DNA of 64,000 nt from Lingula anatina (Eukaryota; Animalia; Brachiopoda), in contig CM120640.1 of the NCBI GenBank assembly GCA_051362555.1, forward strand, positions 70,596,788 to 70,660,787, given 5' to 3'. Below the pieces are notes generated by a model, which saw only the letters and a list, made by a program, of their open reading frames with translations, searched no databases and was not told the origin of the DNA. Shown here piece after piece: positions 14,301-24,240 of the stretch. Numbering within the stretch: the stretch's first letter is position 1; every line of letters starts with the position of its first letter. The position numbers were made by a program, and so were the translations under genes.

Positions 14301-17300
14301 GTAACACATATTTAGATAGCATGTAGTTTACTTGTATGTGATCAATTCAGTGTCAAATGTGGTACAGGCAAACTTCATATCTTCTAGAATTAATAGTGAT
14401 GTTGATGGCATTAGGCTGTTATCCCACTGAATAGAGATCTGTCTTCTGAATTATCTGTGGTAGAAAGTGGCCATTTTGATAGGAGCTGATCTGTTTGCTT
14501 TTACAGACATTTTATTAGTGATACATTACGACACAAGTCAGTTGTAGTACACTGTCAAATAATATTCCCAATGTTTACATTGATGATAACATTTAGATAT
14601 GAGTTTTAAACTTTTAAACTTTCAATTTAAGGGAGTTTTGTTGAGAATTTTGTATTCAGGTATGGTTTTAGTAGTGTATATGATAATATGGGTATGTTTG
14701 ATTTTCAAAATGATACTCAGTCTGTCAGTATTTTACTATAATGAGAACATGCCAGGGTTAAAGAATATAATCATAGTTTCAGAGCAGGAGTGAGTTGATT
14801 GTTAATTACCCTGTTTTCATTACCATCTCTTGTTAGGGATCTTGTTCAGTCTTTTAAAGGGGTAATAACTCTTCATATGAGATCTGTATTTCACAATATA
14901 AACATTGTGAATAACTCATAGAAATATAATATATTCTGTTTTACCACAAAAACAGCAGTTATAGCTATTATTCTGCTATCTGAGCTTGTCTTTAGACCAC
15001 ATGACCTCCATTGATGGCTATACTCTGTTAAAATCTCTTAAGAGGTTTTAACAAAAAAACAAACTTTTTAGAAAAAAAACGGGGACTAACTTTGAATGTA
15101 AAAATTGATTCATTGACCATTGGTAAGTATGGGAAAATTGTTGTTTACTCCAGGAAAATTCTTTCTTTGGCCGAAACAAAGAGTTATTATCCCTTTAATT
15201 TTGCCTGCTCATTAGGTCTTCAGATCATGACCATTCAGGTACCTTACAAAGCTAGTCATAGATGGTGACCATTCAGGTACCTTACAATGCTAGTCATAGA
15301 TGGTGACCATTCAGGTACCTTACAATGCTAGTCATAGATGGTGGCCATTCAGGTACCTTACAATGCTGGTCATTTACACTTCAGTGGAGTCTTGTCTGTA
15401 TCTGAACTGAACACTAACTGCCTTGTATCATAGGCTCCATTCAGAAAGGATGATCCGAGTACTTACTGATATGCCGACTAAATATGGCCGACCACAGTTT
15501 GAAAGCGATGTCGCTGATTCCTGAAACTGATGGTCTTCCCGAGTCCACTTGCGCCTTTAAAGAAATTAAATCTCTGCTCCGGGGTTTAATTGCTAGGGCT
15601 CTGCAGCGACGGCACATGTTGAGGGGGGAGGAAAACATCAGGAATCAGCGGCATCGCTTTTGAACTGTGGTCGGCCATATTTAGTCAGTGGATGAGTAAG
15701 TACTCGGATCATCCATTCTGATTAGGGACATAGTTATACAAGACATCAGTACAGAAAATCCCCTTTTATATACAAACAAAGATGTCTCCAGGAACACAGG
15801 ACCTAGCAATTAAACCCCGGAGCAAAGATTTAATTTGTTTAAAGGCGCGTGTGTTTCAATTGATTTATTTATTGATTGATTGTGGTTCTAGTGCTTATAC
15901 AATAGGCAGACTTAAATACTGTGATCACTGTTCAGAACAGCACCCAAATAGCATGCACTTCTTGTATAAAGAATATGGCATTGTTGCTTATATTTTCTGA
16001 CATGATTACATCAATCATATTTCCCATCTCATTCTTAAACCTCACTGGAAAATAGCAGCAGACTCATCTCCAAATATTGTCTGTCCTCTTCGGTTCAGTT
16101 GCATCAGTACAGAGACTTAAATCGCTTAGTATTCTGCATTCTTTTTTTCTGAATCAGCAGATATGGTGGGTTTCTCCCAGTGCTTGCTGGCTTCCATAAA
16201 GTGCTATATAGCAACTTGTCTTTGCACTTAATTCATTAGACATGACTGTGTTGAGCTTAGACAGCAGAAGCTGTCATTTATGTCTGGCCTTGAAAGGTCA
16301 TGGAAGATGGCTAGGGTTTCTTCAGTGATATGTGACAATAAAATATTGAAAATGATATAATGGCAGGTAACTGAAAAGAAAATGGTGCATTCTTCTGGTT
16401 GAAAATTTACGGAATTTAAATTTTGTTCCTTCTTCTTGCATGGCTGCAGATGGTAGGAAAATTTCTATAAAACTCAGTGGCTTGGAATAATATTCTGTTG
16501 AAAAAGAGCAATAACAATTAATCGTTTGTACTTAATTTTTCAACCATCTTGTCTGACATTTGTTCGCAAGAAAAAAATTCAAGAAGTCGCTGTGTGAAAC
16601 TGAACTCAAAATGCATTTGCATAGATAGATGAAGTATACACCGTTTCCATTAGGTCTTGTGAATGTTTTATTACCTTGTTCCAAATTGAGTATGTCTCAC
16701 AAGAGATTTTTAGCTCCTGTTTTTAAGTGGTCTGCCTAATGGAATTTAAAACCTCTGATGAGCAGGTTTGTCTTTTTAACGAAATTGCTTTCTTATAAGA
16801 ATACACCAAGGTACTTAGGACCAAGGCCAAATTTACAGCTTAATTTAAAACCACAGTGAGAGGAACAGTTTTACAAGGTTTTATTATTATTATTATTATA
16901 TTTTTAATTTACTAGGATTTTCAGGAATATAGTTTCCTTTATTAACTAAATATCTCACTGAAAGTCCCTTTTTTTCAAAATTATAAATGGTATGGGTACT
17001 AATTATTTATTTTGGGAGGGCATTTTCTCTCACTGTTTTCAGTCAGTCATGTCATGAGAACTGAAACATGTTGTGGTGCAACCTGTTAATCAAATTATTT
17101 TTCCCGTTTGTTTCTATCCCTCCCTTGTGCCGTGTGCAAATTAACATCTTGCACTACTTTTTTGTTTCTCCTATGACATATGATGCCAGAAAGAGGGGGG
17201 ACAAAAGGTCTGTTGTTATCTAAGATCTTCCTTTTTTCTTTACAAATAACTTTTATCTTTATCACAAAGAATATTATGTCCTGCAGCAGACAGTGAGTAT

Positions 17301-17541
17301 TCCCCAGGAAATTTCAACACTTTTCTTATTATTTACAGGGTATACCATACTAAAACTGTTGACAGGATTACCATCCATCCATGAACCCAGTTTTGGTAGT
17401 CAATCACTTCCTAGTAGAGACAGAGGCTGGTAAATTTCAGTAATAACAGTAGCAATGAGAATTTAAGAACTCAAATCAGATTTTTTAGATGTTCTTTTTC
17501 TCAGGAGCTTTAGGTTTGGTAACTTGTTTAAAATTTCCAGA

Positions 17542-17579
<38 letters not shown>

Positions 17580-20500
17580 GAGGGGGGGGGGCTGGGGTTT
17601 GGTCTGTCAGACATGAATCAGGGTACTGGGTAACTTGTAGGTAATAGGGGATTTCACTCATAATAATAGATAGCAGAGCACTGGCATTTTTGTGTGTATA
17701 ATCTACAATAGATACAGCATGCTTTCCAGGTTCTTGAGCCTCTTGAATTGAGTGCAGGTACATTTAGTGTAAGTGTTTACCTGAAAAGCAAGCCAATAAA
17801 TTACCATACTTACCCTCTTCAGAGAGCTATTTCTGGTTTGACAAATGGCACCACTTCCAAAATTACTGATGTTGATGGTTGTTTGATACTGAATTTAAGT
17901 TGTTCACCCAAATATAACTTGGGGAGGACATTGTTCCACTCTTTTGTATATATCATTTTCAATTATTTTTAAATGGGGGTCTTTTCCACCAGCTGTTACT
18001 TCACTTACCCTGCCCTTTTTATTAAGACAACATTTTACAATTTGATGAAATTTCCTTGTCAAATAAAGAGGCACAAGGCAAGATACAAAAAATCACCGAC
18101 ATGCATAAGAAGACTGGCTTGTAATCCACTACATCCTCTGCAATGTAAACTGTTTGTCTTCAGCTGAGGGTATTATGTGTGGACAGGTTAAGTAGCTGGA
18201 ACAAACAGCATCATATCTCTGTGCAGGCAATGAGCCAAGCCAGTGTTCAGCTATTAGAAATTGAAATTTATTCACAGTGGAAAAAAATGATCAATGCCCA
18301 ACCAACAAACGACTGTTTTTGTAATCATACTGTAGTGTTTGTGATTTGATGAAAAAGTTGGCCCCATATTTTATTGAAAATAAATCCTACAGAGTAAAGA
18401 GCTTCTTACTAGATGTCTAACCCCCTCCTCCCCCCCCCCAAAAAAAAAAAAAAAAACATGACAGGATAGAAACAATTAAAAACACTTAAATGTGTCATTT
18501 TTTTTCATGTTTGCATGGTTTTATTATTTCATGACCATCCAAAAACTTGTATATTCTTTTTAAGTTTACCACTTCAATTTAACCAGAGAACGTTCATTAA
18601 TCCAAGTATATGTGAACCCATCTTTTTTACCATTTTAAGGCAATGAAAGGGGGAGGGGAGGGCACAGGATGTGATGTACCTGTGGAGTCAAATATTAACA
18701 AAAATTCTCCATCTGTTAAATTTTCCTTGAGAAAATCTGAAGCTGATATATCTCTCCCAGGGTCATAACTGCCAGTTTTTCAAGCTGTCAGTTGCTCTGG
18801 GAATTAGACTGAATCACTCTAAAACATTTATGCATGTCACAGCATTTGAAAGCAGACATTCCCTTTGAATTTTCCAGTAAATATTACACTGCCCTGACAG
18901 TTATATTTGTTTAAATTGACTGGGCAAAGACCCCAGGTTGAAATTGACCTAGCAAAACACTCATGTTATGATTGACTTTGCAAAGACCTTGGGTAAAATT
19001 GTCTTAACAAATATATTGGGTACAAATTCTTTACCAAGACCTTATGTCCGAAATGACCTCAGAGTGACCTTGGGTACAAATGACTTTCAACATAGACTTT
19101 CAAAGAACTTGTGTCCTCACAAGTAATAGACTTGGAATACCTGCAACTAACATCATCATGTCCACTTATTGGAGGAGCATTGTGAAGACTATGATCATGA
19201 TGAAATTGTCTTTGACATTCTTATTTCCACTGGATAAAACACCTTTCAAGTCTTCTATCAAGTGAAGAGGATTTAACAGATAATCTGGTTGAATAGGTGA
19301 ACAACAGCTAAATGGCACAGTTACTTTTGACCACAAGGACAGTTGTACTGATGTCCAATTTTGCTTGACACTTGTAGACCCCTCCTATCCCCATCTTCTC
19401 ACTAGCATTTACAACACCATTTTTTAAATTTGCTTTGAAATATAACAAAGGCCTGTATTTCTGACCATTGGCCACAACACAGGGACCTCTGACCACTGGC
19501 TACAACACAGGGACTTTTTACCACTGGCCATAACACAGGGACTTTTTACCACTGGCCATAACACAGGGACTTGTGACAACTGGCCACAACACAGGGACCT
19601 CTGACCACTGGCCACAACACAGGGACCTCTGACCACTGGCCACAACACAGGGACTTCTGACCACTGGTCACAACACAGGGACTTCTGACCACTGGCCACC
19701 ACACAGGGACTTCTAACCACTGGTCACAACACAGAGACTTCTAACCACAGGCCACAACACAGAGACTTCTGACCACAGGCCACAACACAGAGACTTCTGA
19801 CCAATGGCCACAACACAGGGACTTCTGACCACTGGCCACAACACAGGGACTTGTGACCACTGGCCACAACACAGGGACCTCTGACCACTGGCCACTTTAA
19901 TAGTGAATATAAAGAATTCTTTTACTTCTTATAAGTAATAGGATTAATTTGACATTCCACACTGGTATCTGATGTGGCTGTGGGTGCATGTAGGACAGTT
20001 ATAATATGGATATGACTGAAGTTGACCTGATCTGGTTAACAGATGATCAATAAAGATTGACTCCTTGGTGTCCCTCCCTTCGGTTAAAATGGATAATATT
20101 TATCCTTTTTTCAGAGTTGATCATTTCACCACAAGATTTAAAATATTGTTATGTAGTGCATCTATAGCAAACATCAAGTTTTACTGATGGGACAAAGTAC
20201 CTTGTATCAGATATGTCTCTCTCCAATCTTGCCTTGTTAATGTTATCTACTGATAGACTTCTAGCTGACTTCATATAATATCATTCCCAAATCAGTTTCA
20301 GTATGCATTCCATTATTTCAGTGCTGTGGCAAGTTAAGAGGTACCCCAGAGACTGTTCCATGTGGCACTGGAGACCCTCCTAAGCTCTGAACAGTGGATT
20401 GGGATTTCCTATAAAAAAAAAAGGGTTGATGTATTTTTTCAGGGCTAATGTCTGTATATTTCCTTATGGCTGGAGTTGAGGTCTCAAGGCTTCATTCTAG

Positions 20501-21915
20501 TGCCCGACAAAGATATTTTGTGGATTAATGATTGCTTTTTGCATGGGCAGAGAGACATGTCCCCTGGGTTGTTACTGAGATGATGGTTTTACTTCACTTT
20601 TGTCAAGTTGACCAGTGGCTTCATATGTCAGTGTTCCATAACATTGGTTGCTTCAAAACTCCCCTAAATATGTCAGGTTTGATTAGCTGAAGGCCTTCTT
20701 TGCAGAATTCTATAACGAAACACTCCTCTGTTGAAAACTATCTAATGACTAGTAGATTGGTTTGTTTTAGTTTATGATAGCTATATGTGGACTTGAATTG
20801 ATCAAGAGTTTTTCTACATGTCAAATGCTGTGAAGCCACAGTCTTATGATATAGTAAATAATTACAGTAATTTATCCTTATATGGTGCAATCAATGAAGA
20901 TCTAAAATTACATATTGCTAATTAAAAAATTTAAGTTTTGTATCTGAGAATAACTTATTAAGATTAATTCAAAGGATGGAAGATCTAATGCAATACAACT
21001 TTTCCTTATAAGTTTCTATAATAGGATTTTAAATGTAGGTCCATGACAGTCTCAGAATTTTAAAGTCATCTGCAGTGCTTATGACTGTATGCAAACATTG
21101 GTGCATATATTATTATTGTCAATTCAACATAAAATTTGATAGTTATTTTCTTAAACAGAATATACTTAAAGATGTGTTTATGTTTGACCATCATCATGTT
21201 GTTATTGCAGGATAACCCATGTCCTGTCTGCCTTGTGTGTATATGTATAACTATTGTTATGTTGTTATTGCAGGATAATCCAACATGTCCTGTCTGCCTT
21301 GTGTGTATATGTATAACTATTGTTATGCTGTTATTGCAGGATAATCCAACATGTCCTGTCTGCCTTGTGTGTATATGTATAACTATTGTTATGTTGTTAT
21401 TGCAGGATAATCCAACATGTCCTGTCTGCCTTGTGTGTATATGTATAACTATTGTTATGTTGTTATTGCAGGATAATCCAACATGTCCTGTCTGCCTTGT
21501 GTGTATATGTATAACTATTGTTATGTTGTTATTGCAGGATAATCCAACATGTCCTGTCTGCCTTGTGTGTATATGTATAACTATTGTCATGTTGTTATTG
21601 CAGGATAATCCAACATGTCCTGTCTGCCTTGTGTGTATATGTATAACTATTGTTATGTTGTTATTGCAGGATAATCCAACATGTCCTGTCTGCCTTGTGT
21701 GTATATGTATAACTATTGTCATGTTGTTATTGCAGGATAATCCAACATGTCCTGTCTGCCTTGTGTGTATATGTATAACTATTGTCATGTTGTTATTGCA
21801 GGATAATCCAACATGTCCTGTCTGCCTTGTGTGTATATGTATAACTATTGTCATGTTGTTATTGCAGGATAATCCAACATGTCCTGTCTGCCGTGTGGAG
21901 GTTCAGCTGCACTGA
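1..21915 (+). CDS. RING-H2 E3 ubiquitin ligase, RNF38/RNF44/ARK2C-like C-terminus; 5'-partial, multi-exon
   Basis: Frame-compatible GT-AG exons <1-58, 269-330, 920-1009, 7236-7454 and 21868-21915 join to ...GNDYE|[18 protein letters not shown]...CHICMCDY...[20 protein letters not shown]|[15 protein letters not shown]. This is a complete C3H2C3 RING-H2 preceded by the 'YEeLLxLaERLG' motif typical of RNF38/44/165-type ligases. Confidence 0.88.
92..181. repeat. (CT)n microsatellite
   Basis: Direct reading of the sequence. Confidence 0.98.
3599..3950 (+). mobile_element. Non-autonomous DNA transposon (MITE), Kolobok-like, copy A
   Basis: TTAA|AGGGATAATAACTCTTCG ... CGAAGAGTTATTATCCCT|TTAA: terminal inverted repeats, TTAA TSD and purine-purine start (Kolobok-type; piggyBac starts CC). 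Two more copies are in the window. Confidence 0.82.
7236..7454 (+). CDS. RING-H2 gene exon encoding the first six Zn ligands
   Basis: tacag| acceptor and AAG|gtgagc donor; 219 nt, phase 0-0; C-x2-C ... C-x-H-x2-H-x2-C-x3-W pattern. Confidence 0.93.
8244..8313. repeat. (TA)n microsatellite
   Basis: Direct reading. Similar (TA)n tracts lie at about 36169-36208, 53246-53313 and 59764-59821. Confidence 0.97.
9450..9674. mobile_element. Degenerate foldback / MITE-like element
   Basis: The arm GCTCATTCCCA..CTATCATTCTACATGGATCAATCCAA..AGGGACTCTT pairs imperfectly with AAGAGTCCCT..TTGGATTGATCTACGTGGAATGATAG..TGGGAATGAGC. Confidence 0.6.
12164..12497 (+). mobile_element. Kolobok-like MITE, diverged copy B
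   Basis: TTAA|AGGGATAACTC ... GAGTTGTTTTCCAT|TTAA. Internal blocks (CATTCAAAATTAGTCC, AGAGATTAT, TCAGAATAAT) are colinear with copy A. Confidence 0.7.
14858..15194 (-). mobile_element. Kolobok-like MITE, copy C (inverted relative to copy A)
   Basis: TTAA|AGGGGTAATAACTCTTCATATGAGATC ... GAGTTATTATCCCT|TTAA. Reverse complement of 3599-3950 along its length. Confidence 0.82.
15229..15373. repeat. 38-bp minisatellite, about 3.8 copies
   Basis: Unit GACCATTCAGGTACCTTACAATGCTAGTCATAGATGGT. Confidence 0.9.
15441..15848. mobile_element. CpG-rich element with two interleaved inverted-repeat pairs
   Basis: Pair A: 15441-15524 with 15638-15721. Pair B: 15551-15597 with 15802-15848. Confidence 0.65.
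19460..19895. repeat. 28-bp minisatellite, about 15 copies
   Basis: Unit CTGACCACTGGCCACAACACAGGGACYT with point variants. Confidence 0.95.
21195..21892 (+). repeat. 66-bp tandem repeat (about 10.5 units) made of the intron 3' end plus the start of the terminal exon
   Basis: Unit GTGTGTATATGTATAACTATTGTYATGTTGTTATTGCAG|GATAATCCAACATGTCCTGTCTGCCTT. Acceptor AGs end at 21210, 21273, 21339, 21405, 21471, 21537, 21603, 21669, 21735, 21801 and 21867. The first unit is 63 bp (Thr codon missing). Confidence 0.97.
21868..21915 (+). CDS. RING-H2 gene terminal coding exon ([15 protein letters not shown])
   Basis: ttattgcag| acceptor, phase 0. Supplies the missing CPxCR pair at canonical spacing after WIK; TGA ends at 21915. 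Confidence 0.85.
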   Translation, partial: DNPTCPVCRVEVQLH

Positions 21916-21933
21916 CGTCCCTGCCTTGCAGTC

Positions 21934-22015
21934 CATGGTAACTTAAGGTACATATCATATCATAGGCTAATGATCATGGTAACCTAAGGTACATATCATA
22001 TCATAGACTAATGAT
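21934..22015 (+). repeat. 41-bp tandem duplication in the proximal 3' UTR of the RING gene
   Basis: CATGGTAACYTAAGGTACATATCATATCATAGRCTAATGAT occurs twice. Confidence 0.9.
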
Positions 22016-22060
22016 TAGGTCTGCTTCTTCTTCTTGAACAATAGTTCATAACAATAGTAC

Positions 22061-24240
22061 AATAAAGACTAAATCTTTTCTATGGGGGAAAATTGTGAAT
22101 TTTACAAATACTGTATTTTGTAAGTCATTATTTCTTAAAATAGGAGCATTCCTATTGAGTTGTTGCAACAAAATTGAAAACAGACTACCTTATACTTCTA
22201 TTCTATGCTTTAAATGCACCACAAATGCTATACAAAAATATAATAGTTTTTATGATATTAAGATGATGTATCTGAAAGTTTAATAATTTTTGCCCATTGA
22301 AAAGATCCAGTCATTATTGAATACACAAACTATGTCTGGGTAAGTTTGGACTCATGGTCAGCCATTTGATTTCTTTCTCTAATGAGCAAAGACTAAAAGC
22401 TGATCTTAAAAATAAAGGTTTTGTGGTGGCCTGTGAGCTCATCTTAATTTTGCAAGCTTAATTTTTGAATACTCTGTTTGCATTAAGAAAAACATGAATG
22501 TATATTTTTATTTTGATATTGGAAATTTATATTGAAAAGGATATGCTATTTCTATACAAGTGTCATATATATATCTTAATGAATTAGATTTGTTTGACAA
22601 TGTGTACCACCATTATTACAGTTCTTATTTCCTGGGAACTATTTTATTTGATTACATCAAGTTTAATTTAGGAAGTCACATTTTACTTCAGTGATATGGT
22701 TAAAAAGATTTTGATATGTGGATGACAAAAAAATTTTTTTTTGGATTCACGACAATATTTTGATGCCTGATCTGGTACACATCTCTGAAGAATGTTGTAT
22801 AGTTTTATTTTTTGTATTGTCCGTTGTTTTATGGTTTCTCTGTTTTTGGTAAATGGCTTGTGTTTTTGTTTTTTATTTCTGTAAAGTATTGTGTGTGATT
22901 TGTCATTTGGGATCAGTAAGCCAACTGGAATTTATCCGTAGCATCAAGAGTGTGTTGCAGGCAATCTCTTGCTCTGCTGTCTAATAGGTAATAGCTTGCC
23001 ACTCTCAGCAGGCCATGCCAGTTACATGTCCATCACATATGAGGTCCACATACATGGACTTTTATAAAGTTAAAAATCTCAGCTGCTCTGTAATCACTTT
23101 GCAGTCCAAATTCATCTCCAATTCTATTACTGTGAATGACACCCCATTCATAGGGTGTTGACCACTTCAAGGTCAAGGTCAGATTATACTTGGTCAAGGT
23201 CAGGGTGTGTCAGGTCAAGGTCAGTGTTATCATGGAAAGTAAATGGTGCAAGGCAAGAGAGTTCACAATGGACTATGAAATTTTTATTGTGTTCATGTCA
23301 TGCTGCTCATTATTGGTTTCATATTATCATCATTGGCCTCATTTCTTAGAAATTATTATGTGAAAGGAAAACTAGATCAATTTAGAAGGAATTCAATTAT
23401 ATTTGATCAATGTTATCAAAAAGAGAGATGAAAGAGTACAGCTATGTATATTGTAGTTTGGAAAGAGTTACACGTGTTGCTGATATATGGCAAGATTTTG
23501 ATAAAAACTGATCTATTTCACATGTCAGATGCATATGTTGTTGCTTTAACTGTACTATTTGTCTGTGTTATTTGTTTATGTTAAATAGCTTTTTTTTCAC
23601 AGTTGATATGCAGGGGATTCTTTTTCTGGGATATTGTAAAGTGCTTGACTTCAAGGTGTAAGTTGTGTTGTAAAATGCCACATTGAGCTAAATAATAACT
23701 TGCATATTTGTTCGCAACATGAATTCACTTTTTTTTTTTTCAACCTTACTTTCAACCTCTTTGTTAAGTGTATGTGTACTTTAGTTCAACGCTTTTGCTG
23801 CAAATGCTTGAGTGACAGCAGCTGCTCTAGCTTGTGGCAAAGATCATGATATTTTCCTGCACTCTGGTTGTGATAATTGTATAAATATGCAAGTGCCCAG
23901 TTTTCCAAAGTGTAGACTGATTTTTTTCTGTCAGAATGATATTTAATATGCGGGTATCTCAGGGAGATGACCATAGTATAGCTGAGTTGCTGGTACCAAG
24001 ACCTGACTGTGTCCACAGTATTTGACTGTATACCTAATGTACCTCATTTGTTTTGTAAAATAGTGTTCATTGTATGTATGTATTTATAGTGTAGTTAAAT
24101 GGTATTAAAATCTGTTTCTGTACTATAAAAGGTGAGAGGACTGTTACTCACCTGGACAAGTCTTATATGACATACTGTATAGACAACGTGAATGTTTAAT
24201 GGTTTTGTAATGTATCATAGTTATGATTACTGATAATAAA
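22061..24240 (+). promoter_or_regulatory. Candidate polyadenylation signals / 3' UTR of the RING gene
   Basis: AATAAA at 22061, ATTAAA at 24104 and AATAAA at 24235. The sequence is T/GT-rich and UTR-like, and ends where CpG depletion stops. Confidence 0.4.

Noticed and set aside
19308-19895. Cys/Val-rich minus-strand ORFs
   Set aside because: They are translations of the 28-bp minisatellite, cycling through frames.
21066-21915. 259-aa (+) and 262-aa (-) ORFs as stand-alone repeat-protein genes
   Set aside because: Both arise from a stop-free 66-bp repeat. The + ORF is in frame with, and explained by, the RING terminal exon. The - ORF has no independent support.
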